Notes: generated by a model not told the origin, from the letters alone. Positions 19,523 through 29,097 are shown, counted from the first letter of the stretch. The stretch is 64,000 bases of DNA from Phycisphaeraceae bacterium (GCA_963674705.1 OY771506.1:3776001-3840000), one strand, 5' to 3'. Numbers and translations are program-made.

Positions 19523-19638
19523 CCCTCTCCCCGCGGGAGAGGGCCGTGGTGAGGGCCAGATTGCTTATGTTTTCTTGTTAAGTTTGATAGCACAATCAAT
19601 CCGGCCCTCATCCTAATCTTCTCCCAGGGGGAGAAGGG
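19523..19638. repeat. Inverted pair of CCCTCTCCC-N3-GGGAGAGGG palindromic elements (MITE/REP-like)
   Basis: ccctctccccgcgggagagggccgtggtgagggcc ... ggccctcatcctaatcttctcccagggggagaaggg around an AT-rich spacer. Confidence 0.75.
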
Positions 19639-19683
19639 ACCGGAACAGTCTTGCATTGTTTACGCACTTGCTGACTGTTCATA

Positions 19684-20706
19684 TCAAAGCAGCACTGTCG
19701 TCGTAGCCGCAGGTAGATGAACCATCGCGCCGCTTGTCGTGCGTAGGATGAGGCCGAGGTTGGGATCGAGGTCGGCGACTTCACCGGTGTATTCGCGGCC
19801 GTCGGAGAGCAGACGCAGGTGCTGGCCGATGAGGGTGCTGCGCTGTCGCCATTGATCGAGCAATGTATCGGGGGGTACCGCGTCGAGGGCGTAATCCATC
19901 TCTTTCATCAATCGGCCGAGTACTGCGAGGCGGTCGGCGTGGATGTTCTGAATCGCGAGGCTGGTGATACGTGAGGGCAGTGCGGGATCGTTCGGGTCGT
20001 CGGGCAGATGTTTAGCGAGCAGGTTGATGTTCAGGCCGACGCCGATGATGGCAAAATGCTCCCGGAGGTTTCCTAGACCATTGCTCTGGACAACTTCGAC
20101 GAGTATACCCGCGATCTTCTTGCCATCGACCTGGATATCGTTGGGCCACTTGATCTGCGAGCGTAAGCCACGAGTTGAAAGCCAGTGATCGATCGTTTGT
20201 GCGATGGCGATGCTGGTCGCGAAGGTCAGGCGGTTGATGGCCTGTTCATCGTTGGGCGAGGTGGTTTTGGCGATCCGGCTGAAGGTCAGGCACGTGCCGG
20301 CGGGGGCGTGCCAGCGTCTACCGAGTCGGCCTCGACCTGCGGTCTGCTTATCCGCGATGATCAGGGCTTTGTCGGCTGAAGTCGGGTGATGCGAGATCAA
20401 ACGCCGGGCGGCGTCCTGCGTGCTGGCGGTCTGTTGGTAGACCTCGATGGTTCGTGTTTGCCGGGAGCAGGATTGCAGGTAGTCCGCCCAGCATCCGAGC
20501 CCTGCTTGAATAAGGCGTATGCCGTGCTGGGGATTGATGTCCAGCTTGCAGCCGGCTTGTCTTAGGCGCTGCAATTCAGCGGGCAAGTTCGCGGTATCAC
20601 TAAGGCCTGCAGTATCGGCCAGTGTATGCGCGGACAGATGCGTTTCGGCTGCGAGTAACGCATGAAGCAGATCGGTATTGATGATGGGGGCGGATGGGCC
20701 TGGCAT
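19684..20706 (-). CDS. birA: Biotin--[acetyl-CoA-carboxylase] ligase
   Basis: QTAGRGRLGRRW, IKWPND, KKIAGIL, IGVGLN; degenerate N-terminal HTH. Confidence 0.92.
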   Translation of the reverse strand: MPGPSAPIINTDLLHALLAAETHLSAHTLADTAGLSDTANLPAELQRLRQAGCKLDINPQHGIRLIQAGLGCWADYLQSCSRQTRTIEVYQQTASTQDAARRLISHHPTSADKALIIADKQTAGRGRLGRRWHAPAGTCLTFSRIAKTTSPNDEQAINRLTFATSIAIAQTIDHWLSTRGLRSQIKWPNDIQVDGKKIAGILVEVVQSNGLGNLREHFAIIGVGLNINLLAKHLPDDPNDPALPSRITSLAIQNIHADRLAVLGRLMKEMDYALDAVPPDTLLDQWRQRSTLIGQHLRLLSDGREYTGEVADLDPNLGLILRTTSGAMVHLPAATTTVLL

Positions 20707-20716
20707 GGTATTGGGT

Positions 20717-21616
20717 TTAGTTGATGTCCAGTCCCAGGTCCAGTGCGGGGGCGGAGTGGGTGAGTGCGCCGACGGAGATGCGGTCCACGCCGGTCTGCGC
20801 GATACCGCGAATGGTTTGCAGGTTGATACCGCCGCTGGCTTCGAGTTCGACTTTGGGAGCAAGCCGATCACGCATCGCGACAGCCTCGGTCAATTGCTCG
20901 TTTGTCATGTTATCCAGCAGGACCAGGTCGACGCCGGTTGGCAGGACCTGTTCGAGTTGAACAAGTGTGTCGACTTCGATCATGATGAACTTCAGGTCGG
21001 GGTATTTATCCCGGCAACGCTTGCACGCTTCGGTAACCTTTGGGCCCAAGCCATCAGCGTCGATGTGTGCCAGGTGATTGTCTTTAAGTAGCACCGCGTC
21101 GTAGAGACCCATACGGTGTGTCGTGCCGCCGCCACAAGCTACAGCGTATTTTTGCAGGCCGCGCAGGCCGGGCAGGGTTTTGCGGGTGTCGTAGACTTTG
21201 GCGCGCGTACCTTTGACCTGTTCGACGTATTGCCAGGTCAGTGAGGCGATGCCGGACAGGTGGGTGATCAGGTTTAGCGCGACACGCTCGACGGTCAGGA
21301 TGCTTTGCAATGGGCCGGAAAGCGTGGCGACAGCTTGGCCGGGCTGGATCGGTTGTCCATCCTGGGTGTGGACTTTTACTTTGACCGTGTCGCCATAGAT
21401 TTGCACGACGGCCGGCAGCAGGACGACGCCGGCGAGTCGGCCGGGCTTACGTGTGACGATCCGGGCCTTACCCATCTGGTCCGCGGGGACGAACATTGTG
21501 CTGGTGACATCGATGTGCTGCGGGCCGAGGTCTTCTTCACGGGCGCGGCGGATCAGGTCGGCCACATCGTCTGCCGTGACGAAGTCATTCAGGTTGGGTG
21601 GTTTCGTTTTGGGCAA
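20717..21616 (-). CDS. nadC: Nicotinate-nucleotide diphosphorylase (carboxylating)
   Basis: DTRKTLPG, HRMGLYDAVLLKDNH, LLDNM, EASGG. Confidence 0.96.
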   Translation of the reverse strand: MPKTKPPNLNDFVTADDVADLIRRAREEDLGPQHIDVTSTMFVPADQMGKARIVTRKPGRLAGVVLLPAVVQIYGDTVKVKVHTQDGQPIQPGQAVATLSGPLQSILTVERVALNLITHLSGIASLTWQYVEQVKGTRAKVYDTRKTLPGLRGLQKYAVACGGGTTHRMGLYDAVLLKDNHLAHIDADGLGPKVTEACKRCRDKYPDLKFIMIEVDTLVQLEQVLPTGVDLVLLDNMTNEQLTEAVAMRDRLAPKVELEASGGINLQTIRGIAQTGVDRISVGALTHSAPALDLGLDIN

Positions 21617-21634
21617 GGTTTTGGCTGGGGTTTA

Positions 21635-22306
21635 TCACGTGGTTGGTTTGTGGAACGAGACACGATATCGGCTTGAGCCTAATGCGACAATCCTTACGAC
21701 GTCGCCGACCTGCATGTCGTTTGCCTGATAGTAGGCGCCCCAGCCGCGCCAACGCAACATGGGCTTGCCCTTCGCGAAGTCGGTTTTGACTTCTTGGCCG
21801 TCCGGCATCAGCAGCGTCAGTGATTTGTTACGTATTTTCTCGGAAGCAGCGGGCAGGCTCAGGTAACGATTGCGGATCGCCCCGGCTGTCAGCGTCACTT
21901 CCATCAATGGGCTCAGCCAATCCTCCAGCACATGCCATGCTCGCAGAGACTTGGGGTACACCGGCCCGACATCAATCGGTTCGACATCCTTCAGGTGAAC
22001 AAAGGTGGTGTATCGGCAATCCAGTTTCTGCTGTAAGTATTCACTGTTACCACAGATCGCATGATTGAGACGCGCGTAAATCTGTTTGATTTTGTCAGGC
22101 GTCAGGTCCGCGTGTTGTTCGACCTTGCCGGCTAATGCGGTGGCGACGAACGGGCCTGAAGAGATCTTGATGAACAGGCGTTCACCCGTTTGGATGGCGT
22201 TGTATGGAGGCTGCGGCGTCTTCGTCAGTCGACTCTCCACGGTCTTGCGCCCGGAAAGAATCAACTTGGCGTAATGCTTCTTAAGAATCGCGACATGGAT
22301 CGCCAT
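21635..22306 (-). CDS. ASCH-domain protein with C-terminal B3/pseudobarrel-like domain
   Basis: HVAILKKHYAKLILSGRKTVESR (ASCH GxKxxExR); C-terminal GW..YY..N.M.VGDVV. Confidence 0.75.
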   Translation of the reverse strand: MAIHVAILKKHYAKLILSGRKTVESRLTKTPQPPYNAIQTGERLFIKISSGPFVATALAGKVEQHADLTPDKIKQIYARLNHAICGNSEYLQQKLDCRYTTFVHLKDVEPIDVGPVYPKSLRAWHVLEDWLSPLMEVTLTAGAIRNRYLSLPAASEKIRNKSLTLLMPDGQEVKTDFAKGKPMLRWRGWGAYYQANDMQVGDVVRIVALGSSRYRVSFHKPTT

Positions 22307-22344
22307 GGGGTCATCGTATCAGGGAACGTGGGGCAATTCGAATG

Positions 22345-22505
22345 AACCACAGAGACACAGAGGCACAGAGACAAGGCATTTGTAACAGGGATAAACACAG
22401 ATGAACACAGATTAGGAAATTAATTCAAACAAATTCTTCCCATCTGTGTTCATCTGTGTCCATCCCTGTTTCTATTCCTCTCTGTAACTCTGTGTCTCTG
22501 TGGTT
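22345..22505. repeat. Nested inverted-repeat element (MITE-like)
   Basis: Outer perfect 18-bp IR aaccacagagacacagag (22345-22362 / 22488-22505); inner 29-bp IR (22384-22412 / 22442-22470) with 2 mismatches. Confidence 0.85.
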
Positions 22506-22514
22506 TAAAAATGA

Positions 22515-23339
22515 TCAGACAAAAGCCTTGTACAGCATTCTCGCGCCTGCGACAGCGGCACCGAGGTACATGATGAGGGTGAAGGGTTTTTCCGCCAGTC
22601 GTTTGTGCATCCATAGGCCGGCCATGATGCCGACGGGGACGAAGGTGGCGAACAAGGCGGATTCGACAAGTGTCCTGCTGTTGATCAGGCCCAGGCCGAT
22701 GTAGGTCGGGAGCTTTGAGCAATTGACGACGAGGAAGAAGAGTACCATCGTTGCGACGAGGCGCGTCTTTTCCATGCGTTGTTCGAGCAGGTAGATCGTG
22801 ATGACGGGGCCGGCGGAGTGAGCGACGGTCGAGACGATGCCGGCAAAGCCGCCGCTGGCGATGCCGCCACCGGGGCCGGGTGGTATGCGGGGCACGTAAC
22901 CACCGAGCAGGCGATACAGTTGCAGTGCGACGAACACCAGGCAGATCGAGCCGACGCAGAGGTTAAGCGCAAAGGTGAGTTTGCCGGTTTCCTGGAAGGT
23001 CCAGAGCACCCAAGTGCCGAGCAGGATGCCGCAGATCGCCCCGGTCAATAGTGAACGCAGGTGAAGCCAGGAGACGCCTTTTCGATGGCTCCAGACGCTG
23101 AACACGTCAGCCAGGATCAGGATCGGAAGCATCACACCGATGGCCCGCTCGGCCGGTAAGGCGTTGGCGACCAGTGGCACGGCGATCACGCCGACCCCGC
23201 CGCCGAAACCTGCCTTAGCGATACCAATAGTCAGCACGCCCAGACCGAGCGCCGTGATGTACCACCAGAGCGGGGTGCTGGCAGGCAACTCCGGTAGCAG
23301 GTCGGATAGCGTGGCGAGTGTGTAGATCAAGCTAGGCAT
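22515..23339 (-). CDS. Sulfite exporter TauE/SafE family protein
   Basis: GIAKAGFGGG, STVAHSAGP, about 8 TM helices. Confidence 0.88.
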   Translation of the reverse strand: MPSLIYTLATLSDLLPELPASTPLWWYITALGLGVLTIGIAKAGFGGGVGVIAVPLVANALPAERAIGVMLPILILADVFSVWSHRKGVSWLHLRSLLTGAICGILLGTWVLWTFQETGKLTFALNLCVGSICLVFVALQLYRLLGGYVPRIPPGPGGGIASGGFAGIVSTVAHSAGPVITIYLLEQRMEKTRLVATMVLFFLVVNCSKLPTYIGLGLINSRTLVESALFATFVPVGIMAGLWMHKRLAEKPFTLIMYLGAAVAGARMLYKAFV

Positions 23340-23416
23340 GCAGGTAGGGGGAAGTACGAAGTATCAAGGCTGATCAGGCCATCGTTACCAGGATCGCTTG
23401 ACTTCATACTTTATCA

Positions 23417-25381
23417 TCACGTCAGGTAGGTATATCCGCTGAGGCCTTGCTCGAAGAATCGGCGGAGTTGTGTTGCTTCTTCGACGGTCAGGCGATCCGA
23501 GCGTACCGCGGCTTCGATGGATTTGCGGAAGTTGCGTTTCAGGTGTTCTGTATCGTATTGCACGTACTGGAGCACCTCGGAAACCGAATCACCTTCAACG
23601 ACCTCGTCGATCGACATGCGGCCTTGCTCATCGAGACTCACATGCACGGCGTTGGCGTCACCCAGCAGGTTGTGCAGGTCGCCGAGCACCTCCTGATAAG
23701 CGCCGACCATGAAAGCCCCGATGTAGTATTCCTCGCCTGTATACGGATGTAATGGCAGGACATTACCTGTCTGTAGTTTATTGATGAAGCAATCGATCTT
23801 GCCATCGGAATCGCAGGTGATGTCCGCCAGGATGCCGCGGTTGACGGGTTTCTCCTTAAGCCGATGGATCGGCATGATCGGGAAGACCTGGTCGATCGCC
23901 CAACTGTCGGGCATGGACTGGAAGATCGAGAAGTTGCAGAAGTACGTCCGGCAAAGCTGCGACTCAAGCCGCTGCAAATCCTGCGGAGGTTCGGGCATCT
24001 CACGGACATACTGAAGTGTCTTGAAACAGATCGCAAAGTACAAACGCTCAACCAGTGCACGCAACTCAAGCGAGCAGTAACCTAGATTGAACAGGTGCAT
24101 CGCTTCTACACGAGCAACCTGGGCGTCGTGATAGGACTGTGAAAAAGTTTTCTCATCCAGTTCGATGTACGCATCATACAACGAGCGGATCGGGTGTGGC
24201 AGTTCATCAACCTCGCTGCGGGGCATCACGGTCGGCGGCACGAAACCATCAAACCCGGTGGAGCCCAGCACGTTGAAGATCAGCAGACTGTGATAGGCGA
24301 CCATCGCCCGGCCGGATTCGCTGATGATCGTCGGGTGGGGGACTTCAGCCTCGTCGCAGATCTCCAGGACGTGGTAGATCACGTCGCTGGCGTATTCCTG
24401 TAAGGAGTAGTTGATGCTGGAGCCGGTGTCGGTCTTGCTGCCGTCATAATCGACGCCCAGACCGCCGCCTACGTCGATGTACTTCAGGCCCGCGCCGGCT
24501 TTGTAAAGCTCGGCGTAGATCCGGACCATCTCGATAATCGCCCGCTTGATCGGTGCGATTGTCGTGATCTGGCTGCCGAGGTGAAAGTGCAGCAGGTTGA
24601 GGCAATCGAGCATGTCCTCTTTGCGCAGGTACGCCATCGCTTCGAGGACCTCGCCGATGAACAAACCGAACTTCGAATGCACGCCGCCGGATTGCTCCCA
24701 CCGGCCCGAACCCTTGGTTGATAACTTGATGCGCATCCCGATCTGCGGACGCACGCCATGCGTCTTGGCGTGCGTAACAATCAGCTTGAGTTCTGAGAAC
24801 TTCTCTACAACCGGGATGATGTTCTTGCCGAGTTTGGTCGCGAGGATGACTGACTCGATGAATTGGTCGTCCTTGAAGCCGTTGCAGATGATGGGTGTCG
24901 TCTCGTCCTCGACCATAGCCAGCACGGCCAGCAATTCGGGTTTGCTGCCGGCCTCGAGCCCGAAGCCGTGCTCCTGCCCGAACGCCAGGATTTCTTCGAC
25001 GACGTGCCGCTGCTGGTTGACCTTGATCGGGTAGACGCAGCGATAACCCCCGCGGAACTCCATCTCCTCGATGGCGTTTTCAAAGGCCTTGGCCAGTTCG
25101 GACAGCCTGTGGCGGAGGATATCGGTCAGGCGGATCAGCAGGGGGGGTTGCAGGTCGCGCTGCTTGAGTTGATTTGTCAGTTCCATGAGGTCGATACCGA
25201 CACTCGGATCGTGCGTGGGATGGGCGACGACGTGCCCGGCTTCATTGATTGAGAAGTAGCCTCGCCCCCAGCGGTCGACGCCGTAGAGCTTCATGGCGTC
25301 ATCAATGGTCCAAGGGGCCTCGGGGGCTGGCTTGGACTCTGCGTATGGCTTACTCGGGCTGGTGGCTTGGGTTGGATTCAT
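23417..25381 (-). CDS. speA: Biosynthetic arginine decarboxylase
   Basis: VYPIKVNQ, GLEAGSKPEL, HFHLGSQ, DVGGGLGVDYDG, DITCDSDG, GAYQE. Confidence 0.97.
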   Translation of the reverse strand: MNPTQATSPSKPYAESKPAPEAPWTIDDAMKLYGVDRWGRGYFSINEAGHVVAHPTHDPSVGIDLMELTNQLKQRDLQPPLLIRLTDILRHRLSELAKAFENAIEEMEFRGGYRCVYPIKVNQQRHVVEEILAFGQEHGFGLEAGSKPELLAVLAMVEDETTPIICNGFKDDQFIESVILATKLGKNIIPVVEKFSELKLIVTHAKTHGVRPQIGMRIKLSTKGSGRWEQSGGVHSKFGLFIGEVLEAMAYLRKEDMLDCLNLLHFHLGSQITTIAPIKRAIIEMVRIYAELYKAGAGLKYIDVGGGLGVDYDGSKTDTGSSINYSLQEYASDVIYHVLEICDEAEVPHPTIISESGRAMVAYHSLLIFNVLGSTGFDGFVPPTVMPRSEVDELPHPIRSLYDAYIELDEKTFSQSYHDAQVARVEAMHLFNLGYCSLELRALVERLYFAICFKTLQYVREMPEPPQDLQRLESQLCRTYFCNFSIFQSMPDSWAIDQVFPIMPIHRLKEKPVNRGILADITCDSDGKIDCFINKLQTGNVLPLHPYTGEEYYIGAFMVGAYQEVLGDLHNLLGDANAVHVSLDEQGRMSIDEVVEGDSVSEVLQYVQYDTEHLKRNFRKSIEAAVRSDRLTVEEATQLRRFFEQGLSGYTYLT

Positions 25382-25460
25382 AGTTGAAGACCAGGCAGCG
25401 AGGGATTGTCCGGGGGATCAGTTCAGAGTGCAGATGATATAGAGCAAGTCCCGTGACGTA

Positions 25461-25488
25461 AAAGAAAACCCCGCCTGTGGAGGCGGGG
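25461..25488 (-). terminator. Intrinsic terminator after the PEP-CTERM gene
   Basis: 8-bp stem ccccgcct/aggcgggg, followed by ttttcttt on the minus strand. Confidence 0.7.
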
Positions 25489-25518
25489 CGGTTGGTTATG
25501 ATGTTAACGATATACGTT

Positions 25519-26196
25519 TTACGGACGGCGGGTGATCGTCAGCAGGCCCAGGCCCAGCAGGGCGAGTGTGGCCGGCTCGGGGATGCGGGTGAAGTCGACA
25601 TCGATGGTCATGGCCTTCTTATCGATGACGGCTGCATCGTTGGGAGCATTGGAGGAGGCGATCAGGATATTGTCCAGATCGATCCGGATCATGGTGGCTT
25701 GGTAGTTCGACAGATCGAGTTCTGCCATACCAGACCACACCCCGGAGCCTGTCCCCGTCAGCGGCATGGCCGGATCAATAACGATCGGGTCGCTGACAAA
25801 GCCCCCCGTCAGGGGGTCAAGAATCGTCGCCACTAAAGTCCCTCCCGCGGTGACCTCAGCGGTACTGCCCAGCATTAGGTAGTCGCCGATTTCGTCGAGG
25901 CTGATCGATTCTATGAACAGGCCCGGGTCGGCCTGGATGATGAACGAAAGCTGCCCCGCGGTGATGTCCGATCCGGTCCCCGCCTGAGCGGCGGCAAACG
26001 GCCCGGTTGAGAAACTCAAGGAATCATCCACAACGATCGGTGTCCCGAACAGGGGCAACGGATCGGTTGCTGATGACTCGATTAGGTCTGTGACGGTGCC
26101 ACCGTCCAGATAATAAATGGCCCCGGCATCCGCGGTTTGGCTTGAAAGAATTAAGGCCCCGATCGCTACGCTGAGAAGTTCCTTACGTATCCGCAT
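25519..26196 (-). CDS. PEP-CTERM sorting-domain protein
   Basis: Signal peptide; C-terminus IPEPATLALLGLGLLTITRRP; GGAGA SD before ATG 26196. Confidence 0.92.
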   Translation of the reverse strand: MRIRKELLSVAIGALILSSQTADAGAIYYLDGGTVTDLIESSATDPLPLFGTPIVVDDSLSFSTGPFAAAQAGTGSDITAGQLSFIIQADPGLFIESISLDEIGDYLMLGSTAEVTAGGTLVATILDPLTGGFVSDPIVIDPAMPLTGTGSGVWSGMAELDLSNYQATMIRIDLDNILIASSNAPNDAAVIDKKAMTIDVDFTRIPEPATLALLGLGLLTITRRP

Positions 26197-26246
26197 CCTT
26201 GTCTCTCCTAAATAAGAAAAGCTGCTTTCTAGCAACGGAGCGCATC

Positions 26247-26278
26247 AAAAAAAGAGGGCGGACCTAAGTCCACTCTCT
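26247..26278 (-). terminator. Terminator-like hairpin with U-tract in the leader of the PEP-CTERM gene
   Basis: Minus strand agagagtggac-ttag-gtccgccctct followed by tttttt. Confidence 0.5.
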
Positions 26279-26711
26279 CCTCTCCGATGCGTGCTATTCA
26301 GCGGTGGCTGAAATAAGAGCAGCTACCTATGTTCTATCGACAGAATATAGGATAGCCTATCATCGCTGGAATGCAATGGTTTTAGACAAGTTTAACGCGG
26401 TTTTTATAAGTCTTTCTCGCTCTCCTTTCTCCCAAATTGCCAGATTTGGCAATAACTCCTTTATCCGCCGGGGTATCAGGACGCGAATCGGCCTGGCGGA
26501 TACTCCGGTCTGGCCAGAACAGCCATCCCGAATATGCGTAACCTACGGTGCCTGGATTTATATGTCAAGATTTAAATTTATCTTTTTATAGTCGGGAAAA
26601 ATTGCCTAGGTTAACAGGTGGTCCAAGAACCGCCGGGGATTTGCCTGACTCCGGTGATGATTAACTGGTTGGAAGCGGGTATCCGATCAGAAGTCCCCTA
26701 AGCCATCCACT

Positions 26712-28769
26712 TTATAAAAGATCGATATTTGCCAGAAATGGGCTATTGACATGGTGAACACGAATGGGATTGACAATGCTGGTTAACAGCACCCTCATCA
26801 GCCAGAACAGGCCCATATCGACCCGGTGTTCTGAGCCTGATTCGGGTAATGGTGATCCTGTCGCCAGGTTGCTGGGTTGACCATCAATGATTCTGAGTTT
26901 GACCTGACCATCGCAGAGTATCCAAGTACCCGTCCCCTCCACAACGGCGCATTCCAACCTCAGTTCCTGCCCTTGTATCCGAGCCAGTATCAAATACCAC
27001 TCTTGATCTGCCTTGTAGTCCACATAGAACCCGTCATGCGGGGCGCCATCTTCAAATGACTTTCGGCTGCCGAAGAAGCTGGGCTTCTTGATGTAAGGGC
27101 CGCCGTACTCGGGGCAGAACGTATCGCAGTTGCCGCACTGGTTGCAGTAGTCCGCGAAGTTGGCGATCTGCTCGGTCTTCTCGACCTTGAAAGTTTTTTC
27201 TTCGCCGACTTCCATAACCTTTCCAGTTGAAGAGACGGATATGTCTCGGTAAGTGAAATTGATCTCAGGTGTCTCGTACAGGAAGTTCGCATCGTTCGGG
27301 CAGACGGGGATGCACTTGTTGCAGGTGATGCAATCGAAGACCACCAGGTGCGAGTTGATCCGCTTGGGAACCAATTGGTTGTTTTTCTGGTGGTAGCGTT
27401 CATCCGCCTGCGTCTGCTTGACGATGTCGGCCATATTCAGGAAGCCTGCGAGGACCGGGTCGCCGTTGGCTTCATCGGCGTGGCTATAGGCTTTGAGGAT
27501 GTAGTCGTGGATCGTGGCGGCGTTGGTCTTGGTCATGGTCGCGACAAGATCGCCGAGATATCCAGGCAGTCGACCGTAGCCGCCTGGCTTGAGCAGGTCG
27601 GTGCAGGTGGTGATGGGTTTGAACCCGCAGGCGACCATGTTCGGGAAGTTCTTGCGATCAACACCGGCCGAGAACGTGATCGGCATCTCGTGTCCCATCG
27701 CCATCCTGAACTCATGCGCCAGCGTCAGCGTGATCACATGCAGCGGCGGGCCCGACAGGTACATCACCTTGTTGTCGGGTGTGAAAAAGTCTCGGTGATT
27801 TACGACTTCCAGCGTATTCGAGAACTTCGCCCCGAATGATCGGCCTTGTTGCTTGGCAAGACTTTCCAAGCGTTTACAGATCTGGATTGATTCATCAAAG
27901 AGCAGGCCGCTGGTATACGCCCCCGAATTGACCTGCACCTCGTGATACCCCATCACATCGTGCAGCAGGTATTCCAGTTTCTCTTTGCCCAGCATCGGCG
28001 GATTCATCTTGACGATGACATCGACGCCAATTTCGGTCAACAGGAACTCGCAGATGCGTTCGATTTCGTCGGCCGGGCAGCCGTGGAACGTCGAGAGCGT
28101 GATGCTGCTGCTGAGCTTGGTCGGATAGTCAAGGTCGCGCAGGTGTTTGAGCCGGTCAGGCAGTTGATCGAGCAGGCGTGCGATGTGTTCGCTTGCATCG
28201 AGCATCCCGTTCATGAATCGGCGGATCGGCTCGGACTGGATGCCCTTCAGGTCGTATCCGACGGACATATCAAAGATCGTGTCGCCCAGCGGTCCGGCCA
28301 TCGTCAGATCGCCGAAGGGATTGCCGAACGTCTCGGGGCTGCTGCGGAGCATGTGGATGAGCATCGCACCCTGGACATACTGATCCAATGAATCCTCCAG
28401 GCACAGCTCCTGCGACCATTCCACGTTGTAGCCGACGTTGGCCGCGTCGATGCACGGCCGGGGTATCTCCAGCCGGTCGTTGATCTGCACGGTCTTCAGC
28501 TCGAAGATCCGCGACCCCGCCAGCCAGGCGAGGATCAGGTTCTGAGCCATCTGCGTCTGGGGCCCGGCCGCGGGTCCGACTGGATTGGCAGCCCGTCGGC
28601 CGTGAAAGGTGACCGACAGGTCCGGGCCATCAGCACTTCCGGGGAAACTTCCGGGGGCGGGGCGGTACCACTTTTTATCCGGCAGATCGAACATACTCGA
28701 CCGGGTCTTGTGTTCAAGACGCATCCGGTCAATCAGGTCCACAAACGGTGTGCAATACAGGTCTACCAT
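26712..28769 (-). CDS. ygfK: YgfK-like (putative selenate reductase subunit family) Fe-S oxidoreductase, short form lacking the pyridine-nucleotide module
   Basis: AAGPQTQMAQN, FELKTVQ, NVEWSQEL, TLSTFHGCP, KFSNTL, MYLSG; CITCNKCIPVCPN and CNQCGNCDTFCP clusters. Confidence 0.75.
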   Translation of the reverse strand: MVDLYCTPFVDLIDRMRLEHKTRSSMFDLPDKKWYRPAPGSFPGSADGPDLSVTFHGRRAANPVGPAAGPQTQMAQNLILAWLAGSRIFELKTVQINDRLEIPRPCIDAANVGYNVEWSQELCLEDSLDQYVQGAMLIHMLRSSPETFGNPFGDLTMAGPLGDTIFDMSVGYDLKGIQSEPIRRFMNGMLDASEHIARLLDQLPDRLKHLRDLDYPTKLSSSITLSTFHGCPADEIERICEFLLTEIGVDVIVKMNPPMLGKEKLEYLLHDVMGYHEVQVNSGAYTSGLLFDESIQICKRLESLAKQQGRSFGAKFSNTLEVVNHRDFFTPDNKVMYLSGPPLHVITLTLAHEFRMAMGHEMPITFSAGVDRKNFPNMVACGFKPITTCTDLLKPGGYGRLPGYLGDLVATMTKTNAATIHDYILKAYSHADEANGDPVLAGFLNMADIVKQTQADERYHQKNNQLVPKRINSHLVVFDCITCNKCIPVCPNDANFLYETPEINFTYRDISVSSTGKVMEVGEEKTFKVEKTEQIANFADYCNQCGNCDTFCPEYGGPYIKKPSFFGSRKSFEDGAPHDGFYVDYKADQEWYLILARIQGQELRLECAVVEGTGTWILCDGQVKLRIIDGQPSNLATGSPLPESGSEHRVDMGLFWLMRVLLTSIVNPIRVHHVNSPFLANIDLL

Positions 28770-28786
28770 ATTCTTGCCTATTCATA

Positions 28787-28960
28787 CCCCCTCTCCCCTC
28801 GGGAGAGGGCTGGGGTGAGGGCCGAAGTTCGTTGACGGTCCGTCAAATTCAGATTGTTGCCAAGTCGAAGTACGCCAATAGTTACGTCATATGTCATCGT
28901 GTAGTCGATTACATAAAACCACCGGCCCTCACCCTAACCCTCTCCCGGGGGCAGAGGGGA
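28787..28960. repeat. Second inverted pair of CCCTCTCCC-N3-GGGAGAGGG elements
   Basis: ccctctcccctcgggagagggctggggtgagggccg ... cggccctcaccctaaccctctcccgggggcagagggg. Confidence 0.8.
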
Positions 28961-29097
28961 CCGAGCAGCGAGCCAATGTTACAAGCCCCTTAGCCTAATC
29001 GAGACTTCGGCAATCACCAACCTCTTTTTTTATGAAAGGTTAAGCTAGGTGTATAAAGGCTTGTAAGGTACAATCTTCCTTTTGGGATTTATTGAGC

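Noticed and set aside
22345..22505. CRISPR array
   Set aside because: Repeats are inverted arms, not direct repeats with regular unique spacers; no cas genes in the window.
26304..26591. 95-aa ORF in the intergenic region upstream of the PEP-CTERM gene
   Set aside because: GTG start, atypical composition and no motif; more likely regulatory DNA.
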